Assembly: GCA_964057225.1 (NCBI GenBank)
Contig: OZ059895.1
Coordinates: 12,214,001-12,278,000, forward strand
Reading direction: 5' to 3'
Source of the DNA: Auanema rhodensis
Lineage: Eukaryota; Animalia; Nematoda
Length of the DNA: 64,000 nucleotides
Shown: positions 13,001 to 24,671 of the stretch, piece after piece
Layout: the number at the start of each line of letters is the position of its first letter
Numbering within the stretch: the first letter of the stretch is position 1
The notes under the pieces: model-generated
What the model was told of the DNA's origin: nothing
Database searches by the model: none
What the model saw: only the letters and a program-made list of their open reading frames with translations
Position numbers and translations under genes: made by a program

Positions 13001-16000
13001 TTTATTTTTCCAGCAGTTTTACTTAGATAGCTCAACCCAAGGGATCAAAATATCTTCAATCTTATTTCTATATTACAGTTATAAACCAGTAGTTTATGAA
13101 CCTTAATCTTAACTTTATTGTTTCTATCTATTTTCTATTGAAACAACAATGTTTTAACACTATACAACTGTGAAACCTTTTTTAATTTATCGTATTTGGA
13201 GCTCATAAGATTCAATATCATCGAGGGATTTAGATGTAACGTGGAAAATTACATAACTAACATGAAATTGGAAAATAAGCAATAACGAGGATAAATATGT
13301 AAATCATTGAATAACAGATATTTTCGCTTGCGACCATACCACGTTGAAAGTATGCCATGCAGCTGATTTTCAATTTTATCTCTTCCGTAACAAATGTTTT
13401 CAATTTTCCAGCAATTTTACTTAGATAGCTCAACCCAAGGCATTAAAATATCTTCAATCTTATTTCCATATTACAGTTATAAACCAGTAGTTTATGAACC
13501 TTCATCTTAACTTTACTGTTTCTATCTATTTCCTATTGAATCAAACGTTGTTTAAACACTATACAACTGTGAAACCTTTTTTAATTTATTGTATTTGGAG
13601 CTCATAAGATTTGATATCATCGAGGGATTTAGATGTAACGTGGAAAATTACATAACTAACATGAAATTGGAAAAAAAACAATAACGAGGATAAGTATGTA
13701 AATCATTGAATATCAGATATTTTCGCTTACGACCATACCACGTTGAAAGTACGCCATCCCGTCCGATCTGGCAAGTCAAGCAACGTTGGGCCCGGTTAGT
13801 ACTTGGATCGGAGACGGCTTGGGAATCCCGGGTGCCGTAAGCTTTTCAAATTTTTTTAACGATCATGCCATGTTGAAAGAACGCCATGCAGCTGATTTTC
13901 AATTTTATCTCTTCCGTAACAAATGTTTTTAATTTTCCAGCAGTTTTACTTAGATAGCTCAACCCAAGGCATCAAAATATCTTCAATCTTATTTCTATAT
14001 TACAGTTATAAACCAGTAGTTTATGAACCTTAATCTTAACTTTACTGTTTCTATCTATTTCCTATTGAAACAAACAATGTTTTAACACTATACAACTGTG
14101 AAACCTTTTTTAATTTATTGTATATGGAGCTCATAAGATTCAATATCATCGAGGGATTTAGATGTAACGTGGAAAATTACATAACTAACATGAAATTGGA
14201 AAATAAGCAATAACGAGGATAAATATGTAAATCATTGAATAACAGATATTTTCGCTTACGACCATACCACGTTGAAAATACGCCATGCAGCTGATTTTCA
14301 ATTCTATCTCTTCCGTAACAAATGTTTTTAATTTTCCAGCAGTTTTACTTAGATAGCTCAACCCAAGGCATCAAAATATCTTCAATCTTATTTCTATATT
14401 ACAGTTATACACCAGTAGTTTATGAACCTTAATCTTAACTTTACTGTTTCTAACACTATACAACTGTGAAACCTTTTTTAATTTATTGTATTTGGATCTC
14501 ATAAGATTTGATATCATCGAGGGATTTAGATATTACGTAGAAAATTACATAACTAACATGAAATTGGAAAAAAAACAATAACGAGGATAAGTATGTAAAT
14601 CATTGAATATCAGATATTTTCGCTTACGACCATACCACGTTGAAAGTACGTCATCCCGTCCGATCTGGCAAGTCAAGCAACGTTGGGCCCGGTTAGTACT
14701 TGGATCGGAGACGGCTTGGGAATCCCGGGTGCCGTAAGCTTTTCAAATTTTTTTAACGATCATACCACGTTGAAAGTACGCCATGCAGCTGATTTTCAAT
14801 TTTATCTCTTCCGTAACAAATGTTTTCAATTTTCCAGCAGTTTAACTTAGATAGCTCAACCCAAGGCATTAAAATATCTTCAATCTTATTTCTATATTAC
14901 AGTTATAAACCAGTAGTTTATGAACCTTCATCTTAACTTTACTGTTTCTATCTATTTCCTATTGAAACAAACATTGTTTAAACACTATACAACTGTGAAA
15001 CCTTTTTTAATTTATTGTATTTGGATCTCATAAGATTTGATATCATCGAGGAATTTAGATATTACGTAGAAAATTACATAACTAACATGAAATTGGAAAA
15101 AAAACAATAACGAGGATAAGTATGTAAATCATTGAATATCAGATATTTTCGCTTACGACCATACCACGTTGAAAGTACGCCATCCCGTCCGATCTGGCAA
15201 GTCAAGCAACGTTGGGCCCGGTTAGTACTTGGATCGGAGACGGCTTGGGAATCCCGGGTGCCGTAAGCTTTTCAAATTTTTTTAACGATCATACCACGTT
15301 GAAAGTACGCCATGCAGCTGATTTTCAATTTTATCTCTTCCGTAACAAATGTTTTCAATTTTCCAGCAGTTTAACTTAGATAGCTCAACCCAAGGCAATA
15401 AAATATCTTCAATCTTATTTCTATATTACAGTTATAAACCAGTAGTTTATGAACCTTCATCTTAACTTTACTGTTTCTATCTATTTCCTATTGAAACAAA
15501 CATTGTTTAAACACTATACAACTGTGAAACCTTTTTTAATTTATTGTATTTGGATCTCATAAGATTTGATATCATCGAGGAATTTAGATATTACGTAGAA
15601 AATTACATAACTAACATGAAATTGGAAAAAAAACAATAACGAGGATAAGTATGTAAATCATTGAATATCAGATATTTTCGCTTACGACCATACCACGTTG
15701 AAAGTACGTCATCCCGTCCGATCTGGCAAGTCAAGCAACGTTGGGCCCGGTTAGTACTTGGATCGGAGACGGCTTGGGAATCCCGGGTGCCGTAAGCTTT
15801 TCAAATTTTTTTAACGATCATACCACGTTGAAAGTATGCCATGCAGCTGATTTTCAATTTTATCTCTTCCGTAACAAATGTTTTCAATTTTCCAGCAGTT
15901 TTACTTAGATAGCTCAACCCAAGGCATCAAAAAATCTTCAATCTTATTTCTATATTACAGTTATAAACCAGTAGTTTATGAACCTTAATCTTAACTTTAC

Positions 16001-19000
16001 TGTTTCTATCTATTTCCTATTGAAACAAACGTTGTTTAAACACTATACAACTGTGAAACCTTTTTTAATTTATTGTATTTGGAGCTCATAAGATTTGATA
16101 TCATCGAGGGATTTAGATGTAACGTGGAAAATTACATAACTAACATGAAATTGGAAAAAAAACAATAACGAGGATAAGTATGTAAATCATTGAATATCAG
16201 GTATTTTCGCTTACGACCATACCACGTTGAAAGTACGTCATCCCGTCCGATCTGGCAAGTCAAGCAACGTTGGGCCCGGTTAGTACTTGGATCGGAGACG
16301 GCTTGGGAATCCCGGGTGCCGTAAGCTTTTCAAATTTTTTTAACGATCATACCACGTTGAAAGTACGCCATGCAGCTGATTTTCAATTTTATCTCTTCCG
16401 TAACAAATGTTTTCAATTTTCCAGCAGTTTTACTTAGATAGCTCAACCCAAGACATTAAAATATCTTCAATCTTATTTCTATATTACAGTTATAAACCAG
16501 TAGTTTATGAACCTTCATCTTAACTTTACTGTTTCTATCTATTTCCTATTGAAACAAACATTGTTTAAACACTATACAACTGTGAAACCTTTTTTAATTT
16601 ATTGTATTTGGATCTCATAAGATTTGATATCATCGAGGGATTTAGATATTACGTAGAAAATTACATAACTAACATGAAATTGGAAAAAAAACAATAACGA
16701 GGATAAGTATGTAAATCATTGAATATCAGATATTTTCGCTTACGACCATACCACGTTGAAAGTACGTCATCCCGTCCGATCTGGCAAGTCAAGCAACGTT
16801 GGGCCCGGTTAGTACTTGGATCGGAGACGGCTTGGGAATCCCGGGTGCCGTAAGCTTTTCAAATTTTTTTAACGATCATACCACGTTGAAAGTATGCCAT
16901 GCAGCTGATTTTCAATTTTATCTCTTCCGTAACAAATGTTTTCAATTTTCCAGCAGTTTTACTTAGATAGCTCAACCCAAGGCATCAAAAAATCTTCAAT
17001 CTTATTTTCATATTACAGTTATAAACCAGTAGTTTATGAACCTTAATCTTAACTTTACTGTTTCTATCTATTTCCTATTGAAACAAACGTTGTTTAAACA
17101 CTATACAACTGTGAAACCTTTTTTAATTTATTGTATTTGGAGCTCATAAGATTTGATATCATCGAGGGATTTAGATGTAACGTGGAAAATTACATAACTA
17201 ACATGAAATTGGAAAAAAAACAATAACGAGGATAAGTATGTAAATCATTGAATATCAGGTATTTTCGCTTACGACCATACCACGTTGAAAGTACGTCATC
17301 CCGTCCGATCTGGCAAGTCAAGCAACGTTGGGCCCGGTTAGTACTTGGATCGGAGACGGCTTGGGAATCCCGGGTGCCGTAAGCTTTTCAAATTTTTTTA
17401 ACGATCATACCACGTTGAAAGTACGCCATGCAGCTGATTTTCAATTTTATCTCTTCCGTAACAAATGTTTTCAATTTTCCAGCAGTTTTACTTAGATAGC
17501 TCAACCCAAGACATTAAAATATCTTCAATCTTATTTCTATATTACAGTTATAAACCAGTAGTTTATGAACCTTCATCTTAACTTTACTGTTTCTATCTAT
17601 TTCCTATTGAAACAAACATTGTTTAAACACTATACAACTGTGAAACCTTTTTTAATTTATTGTATTTGGATCTCATAAGATTTGATATCATCGAGGGATT
17701 TAGATATTACGTAGAAAATTACATAACTAACATGAAATTGGAAAAAAAACAATAACGAGGATAAGTATGTAAATCATTGAATATCAGATATTTTCGCTTA
17801 CGACCATACCACGTTGAAAGTACGTCATCCCGTCCGATCTGGCAAGTCAAGCAACGTTGGGCCCGGTTAGTACTTGGATCGGAGACGGCTTGGGAATCCC
17901 GGGTGCCGTAAGCTTTTCAAATTTTTTTAACGATCATACCACGTTGAAAGTATGCCATGCAGCTGATTTTCAATTTTATCTCTTCCGTAACAAATGTTTT
18001 CAATTTTCCAGCAGTTTTACTTAGATAGCTCAACCCAAGGCATCAAAAAATCTTCAATCTTATTTTCATATTACAGTTATAAACCAGTAGTTTATGAACC
18101 TTAATCTTAACTTTACTGTTTCTATCTATTTCCTATTGAAACAAACGTTGTTTAAACACTATACAACTGTGAAACCTTTTTTAATTTATTGTATTTGGAG
18201 CTCATAAGATTTGATATCATCGAGGGATTTAGATGTAACGTGGAAAATTACATAACTAACATGAAATTGGAAAAAAAACAATAACGAGGATAAGTATGTA
18301 AATCATTGAATATCAGGTATTTTCGCTTACGACCATACCACGTTGAAAATACGCCATCCCGTCCGATCTGGCAAGTCAAGCAACGTTGGGCCCGGTTAGT
18401 ACTTGGATCGGAGACGGCTTGGGAATCCCGGGTGCCGTAAGCTTTTCAAATTTTTTTGACGATCATGCCACGTTGAAAGAACGCCATGCAGCTGATTTTC
18501 AATTTTATCTCTTCCGTAACAAATGTTTTTAATTTTCCAGAGCAGTTTTACTTAGATAGCTCAACCCAAGGCATCAAAATATCTTCCATCTTATTTCTAT
18601 ATTACAGTTATAAACCAGTAGTTTATGAACCTTAATCTTAACTTTATTGTTTCTATCTATTTCCTATTGAAACAACAATGTTTTAACACTATACAACTGT
18701 GAAACCTTTTTTAATTTATTGTATTTGGAGCTCATAAGATTTGATATCATCGAGGGATTTAGATGTAACGTGGAAAATTACATAACTAACATGAAATTGG
18801 AAAAAAAACAATAACGAGGATAAGTATGTAAATCATTGAATATCAGGTATTTTCGCTTACGACCATACCACGTTGAAAATACGCCATCCCGTCCGATCTG
18901 GCAAGTCAAGCAACGTTGGGCCCGGTTAGTACTTGGATCGGAGACGGCTTGGGAATCCCGGGTGCCGTAAGCTTTTCAAATTTTTTTGACGATCATGCCA

Positions 19001-21899
19001 CGTTGAAAGAACGCCATGCAGCTGATTTTCAATTTTATCTCTTCCGTAACAAATGTTTTTAATTTTCCAGAGCAGTTTTACTTAGATAGCTCAACCCAAG
19101 GCATCAAAATATCTTCAATCTTATTTCTATATTACAGTTATAAACCAGTAGTTTATGAACCTTAATCTTAACTTTATTGTTTCTATCTATTTCCTATTGA
19201 AACAACAATGTTTTAACACTATACAACTGTGAAACCTTTTTTAATTTATTGTATTTGGAGCTCATAAGATTTGATATCATCGAGCGATTTAGATGTAACG
19301 TGGAAAATTACATAACTAACATGAAATTGGAAAAAAAACAATAACGAGGATAAGTATGTAAATCATTGAATATCAGATATTTTCGCTTACGACCATACCT
19401 CGTTGAAAGTACGCCATCCCGTCCGGTCTGGCAAGTCAAGCAACGTTGGGCCCGGTTAGTACTTAGATCGGAGACGGCTTGGGGATCCCGGGTGCCGTAA
19501 GCTTTTCGAATTTTTTTAACGATCATACCACGTTGAAAGTACGCCATGCAGCTGATTTTCAATTTTATCTCTTCCGTAACAAATGTTTTCAATTTTCCAG
19601 CAGTTTTACTTAGATAGCTCAACCCAAGACATTAAAATATCTTCAATCTTATTTCTATATTACAGTTATAAACCAGTAGTTTATGAACCTTCATCTTAAC
19701 TTTACTGTTTCTATCTATTTCCTATTGAAACAAACGTTGTTTAAACACTATACAACTGTGAAACCTTTTTTAATTTATTGTATTTGGAGCTCATAAGATT
19801 TGATATCATCGAGGGATTTAGATGTAACGTGGAAAATTACATAACTAACATGAAATTGGAAAAAAAACAATAACGAGGATAAGTATGTAAATCATTGAAT
19901 ATCAGGTATTTTCGCTTACGACCATACCACGTTGAAAATACGCCATCCCGTCCGATCTGGCAAGTCAAGCAACGTTGGGCCCGGTTAGTACTTGGATCGG
20001 AGACGGCTTGGGAATCCCGGGTGCCGTAAGCTTTTCAAATTTTTTTGACGATCATGCCACGTTGAAAGAACGCCATGCAGCTGATTTTCAATTTTATCTC
20101 TTCCGTAACAAATGTTTTTAATTTTCCAGCAGTTTTACTCAGATAGCTCAACCCAAGGCATCAAAATATCTTCAATCTTATTTCTATATTACAGTTATAA
20201 ACCAGTAGTTTATGAACCTTAATCTTAACTTTATTGTTTCTATCTATTTCCTATTGAAACAACATTGTTTTAACACTATACAACTGTGAAACCTTTTTTA
20301 ATTTATCGTATTTGGAGCTCATAAGATTCAATATCATCGAGGGATTTAGATGTAACGTGGAAAATTACATAACTAACATGAAATCGGAAAATAAGCAATA
20401 ACGAGGATAAATATGTAAATCATTGAATAACAGATATTTTCGCTTACGACCATACCACGTTGAAAATACGCCATGCAGCTGATTTTCAATTTTATCTCTT
20501 CCGTAACAAATGTTTTTAATTTTCCAGCAGTTTTACTTAGATAGCTCAACCCAAGGCATTAAAATATCTTCAATCTTATTTCTATATTACAGTTATAAAC
20601 CAGTAGTTTATGAACCTTCATCTTAACTTTACTGTTTCTATCTATTTCCTATTGAAACAAACATTGTTTTAACACTATACAACTGTGAAACCTTTTTTAA
20701 TTTATTGTATTTGGATCTCATAAGATTTGATATCATCGAGGGATTTAGATATTACGTAGAAAATTACATAACTAACATGAAATTGGAAAAAAAACAATAA
20801 CGAGGATAAGTATGTAAATCATTGAATATCAGATATTTTCGCTTACGACCATACCACGTTGAAAGTACGTCATCCCGTCCGATCTGGCAAGTCAAGCAAC
20901 GTTGGGCCCGGTTAATACTTGGATCGGAGACGGCTTGGGAATCCCGGGTGCCGTAAGCTTTTCGAATTTTTTTAACGATCATACCACGTTGAAAGTACGC
21001 CATGCAGCTGATTTTCAATTTTATCTCTTCCGTAACAAATGTTTTCAATTTTCCAGCAGTTTTACTTAGATAGCTCAACCCAAGGCATCAAAAAATCTTC
21101 AATCTTATTTCTATATTACAGTTATAAACCAGTAGTTTATGAACCTTAATCTTAACTTTACTGTTTCTATCTATTTCCTATTGAAACAAACGTTGTTTAA
21201 ACACTATACAACTGTGAAACCTTTTTTAATTTATTGTATTTGGAGCTCATAAGTTTTGATATCATCGAGGGATTTAGATGTAACGTGGAAACTTACATAA
21301 CTAACATGAAATTGGAAAAAAAACAATAACGAGGATAAGTAAGTAAATCATTGAATATCAGGTATTTTCGCTTACGACCATACCACGTTGAAAATACGCC
21401 ATCCCGTCCGATCTGGCAAGTCAAGCAACGTTGGGCCCGGTTAGTACTTGGATCGGAGACGGCTTGGGAATCCCGGGTGCCGTAAGCTTTTCAAATTTTT
21501 TTGACGATCATGCCACGTTGAAAGAACGCCATGCAGCTGATTTTCAATTTTATCTCTTCCGTAACAAATGTTTTTAATTTTCCAGAGCAGTTTTACTTAG
21601 ATAGCTCAACCCAAGGCATCAAAATATCTTCAATCTTATTTCTATATTACAGTTATAAACCAGTAGTTTATGAACCTTAATCTTAACTTTATTGTTTCTA
21701 TCTATTTCCTATTGAAACAACAATGTTTTAACACTATACAACTGTGAAACCTTTTTTAATTTATTGTATTTGGAGCTCATAAGATTTGATATCATCGAGG
21801 GATTTAGATGTAACGTGGAAAATTACATAACTAACATGAAATTGGAAAAAAAACAATAACGAGGATAAGTATGTAAATCATTGAATATCAGATATTTTC

Positions 21900-22018
21900 G
21901 CTTACGACCATACCTCGTTGAAAGTACGCCATCCCGTCCGATCTGGCAAGTCAAGCAACGTTGGGCCCGGTTAGTACTTAGATCGGAGACGGCTTGGGAA
22001 TCCCGGGTGCCGTAAGCT
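21900..22018 (+). rRNA. 5S rRNA (last copy before LTR element 1)
   Basis: Full copy with CCTCG and TTAGATC variants. Confidence 0.95.
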
Positions 22019-22363
22019 TTTCGAATTTTTTTAACGATCATACCACGTTGAAAGTACGCCATGCAGCTGATTTTCAATTTTATCTCTTCCGTAACAAATG
22101 TTTTCAATTTTCCAGCAGTTTTACTTAGATAGCTCAACCCAAGACATTAAAATATCTTCAATCTTATTTCTATATTACAGTTATAAACCAGTAGTTTATG
22201 AACCTTCATCTTAACTTTACTGTTTCTATCTATTTCCTATTGAAACAAACATTGTTTAAACACTATACAACTGTGAAACCTTTTTTAATTTATTGTATTT
22301 GGATCTCATAAGATTTGATATCATCGAGGGATTTAGATATTACGTAGAAAATTACATAACTAA

Positions 22364-22729
22364 CGTTCCATTCGGAGACTCTATATATGTAACTGCAGGG
22401 TTAGAGCCAGACCGACTAGAGGAATGAGGAATGGCACCGCCTTCCCTCATGCCCCTATTCGGGAGTTCGCCCCTTTGCAAGCCCATGGACGGTTTGCATC
22501 TAACTTAGTTAATCTTATATATTAGTCTTTGTCTTGTAAATGTAGTTTACTTTATCCTTGTGTTATTGTATTGTAATGATATTGTATTGTGTATAATAAA
22601 CCTATATATTTCCTTATCTTATGTAATCCTTATGCTCTGTTTCCATACCGCTACACTTATGGAATACTATACGCGTAGTTGAGCAGACTACAATGGTCTG
22701 TTCAATATACGTAGGAGCGTAATGGAACG
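22364..22729 (+). repeat. 5' LTR of element 1 (366 bp)
   Basis: No differences seen vs 29478-29843. Perfect 9-bp terminal inverted repeat CGTTCCATT...AATGGAACG; internal AATAAA. Confidence 0.95.
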
Positions 22730-22742
22730 TGGAGGTTCCACC
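22730..22742 (+). promoter_or_regulatory. Primer binding site, tRNA-Gln-like
   Basis: TGGAGGTTCCACC directly after the LTR; complement of the metazoan tRNA-Gln 3' end (..GGTGGAACCT-CCA). Confidence 0.85.
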
Positions 22743-23710
22743 TCGAACTCATTTTTGTCGCAAAAACTCGCATAAAAAGTCCATATTTTGATATCTAAAT
22801 TAAAACTTCCTCCACGGTTAGCAACATAATGAGGGCGCCAACTTGTATAAGGTGCAGGTACAAGGGATCTCTCTTTTAGAGAGCTAGGACTATATAATTT
22901 TGAAATTTCACCCGCTGTCCCCACTCATAAAACCGTCTGAGTGTCCACCCTTATAATACCGTATCCTGCACCGCTTCTCTTGCATTTTTTTTTGAGGACG
23001 TTTGGATCGAAATAGGGGACAATTTCACCAAACGAAATTTTGATTACATTATTATTTGGCAACGAGGAGTTAGAATGAAATTTTGAAAGCGCACAAAGTT
23101 TAATATTTTATTGTGGTCAGGACTAGAGATTTGAAAGTTAAATTCAGGCGTAAAAGAGCATGCTAACTAAATATTTTTGCGGGAGCCGTTATTCGGTTTT
23201 TATTTTTTTTTTGATTGTGAGAATAGACCACACTAGTCCGAAAAATCCTGGCACAAATTTTGTTGCCTGTCAGGTCATTTTGGCGAAAGCACATGGGCTA
23301 CGGATGTTTTCTTCTCCGTAGAATGTGTCACCTTCCTCAGCTCATTTTTGTTGCTAACATCATAAGATATTCCCACACACCTACCGTAGTCTTCATATTG
23401 TAATATTCTATAAATTAGTAAAATGGTTTAAAGAAAAAAATTGCGTTTTATAAACGAGCTTTGGTCTCAGTCCATTAGTAAAATGAGCAATCTTTTTAAA
23501 TATTCTCGGAATCTCATTAGCATGCCAAAATCATTCCGGAAAAGAATCGCCCACGGCTTTTAATAATCAACGTGCACATGAGCCATTTTCCCAAGGCGCA
23601 CGCACTCCTTCTTTATTAATAAGCTCGACCAAAGTTTGTGTTATGAAAAAAAAAAGAGAGAGAGAGAACAAATGAGTGAAATTAAGTATTTATTATATAT
23701 AAAACAATTG

Positions 23711-24311
23711 TTAAAAGCCCCATTTAAAATGCAACTGTCTCACAAATTCTATAGGCTGTGAGATGGGCTCATTGCTAGGCTCTAAATACTGCGAATACTC
23801 TGAATCCGCAGAGGTCCTTAGCAATAAGCCCATAGGAGACTGTTCATAAAACAAATAAATTTTAAACAAAATTTTAGACATATAATCATAAAAATCATGA
23901 GGCTTATGCTCATACCAATTCCAAGGGGATGCGATTAAATTGGGGTTTTCATACCAATGCGCGCACAAATCGGTGAGGCACCATCGCCCAATAGCTGCAA
24001 CCTCATCCGCTATTTCTTGCATTAGGGAGAAATTCACTAATCCCCTCCCCAGATAATGCATTTTTAAATCCTCGATAAACTAAAATTTTTTTTTTATTAT
24101 TAATATAACATGTTTCTTTGCTTTAACCAACCATCTTAATCATGTCTGGGTGAGGCCTATAAGCTAACACTTCGTCTTGATCATACAAGACGAGGTCAGC
24201 GTACAGCTTTCTCAAGACAAAAGTCATTCCCGATAGACCTTCATAAGCCATTCTTTGATTATTTTTTTTTCTTTCTTCTTCAGCTCTACAAATATAAAGA
24301 ATCTTATGCAT
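23711..24311 (-). CDS. Putative spliced antisense accessory gene of element 1 (exons 24311-24132 and 24079-23711; ~182 aa, unknown function)
   Basis: Two minus-strand ORFs join in frame across a 52-nt AT-rich GTTGGT...TTTTAG intron (24131-24080). TTTTCAG acceptor 20 nt before the ATG; AATAAA just after the stop. Confidence 0.6.
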
Positions 24312-24671
24312 AAAAAGGGGACATAAAACGACTGAAAATCTCTCTCATATTTTCAAGAATTCAATTAGAGTAAAGTATTAAGATTGAGGCTGGAAAGAGC
24401 GAAGACCAACAAAATTTATAATTGATGAACATCTGTGAAAAAGAATAAAGAAAAGAGAATACGGTAGATAGGCGGAGCCAGATCTCAGGCCAAGATTTTA
24501 AAACTCTTTCTCATCTAATAACGATTCTCGGCGAAAGACGCCACGTCTCAATCTTCAAACTTTTCTTACTTTTCCCTATAACCGACCTGAATTTCTTGTC
24601 ACTCATTCAACGTCAACATCCCCCATATAACGAAACACTCGCGGTTTTTCCAAACCAAGAGTGATTCCAAA

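Larger units (their letters stand above)
1..22363 (+). repeat. 5S rDNA tandem array, segment 1 (35 full ~529-bp units, 10 truncated 399/368-bp units)
   Basis: Full 5S starts: 23, 951, 1480, 2009, 2538, 3465, 4392, 5289, 5818, 6745, 7273, 8200, 9097, 9626, 10155, 10684, 11213, 11742, 12270, 12798, 13725, 14622, 15151, 15680, 16209, 16738, 17267, 17796, 18325, 18855, 19385, 19914, 20841, 21370, 21900. Truncated starts: 552, 3066, 3993, 4921, 6346, 7801, 8729, 13326, 14254, 20442. Confidence 0.97.

Noticed and set aside
1-22363. CRISPR-like repeat/spacer array
   Set aside because: The spacers are near-identical rather than unique, the repeat is 5S rRNA, there are no cas genes, and the context is eukaryotic.
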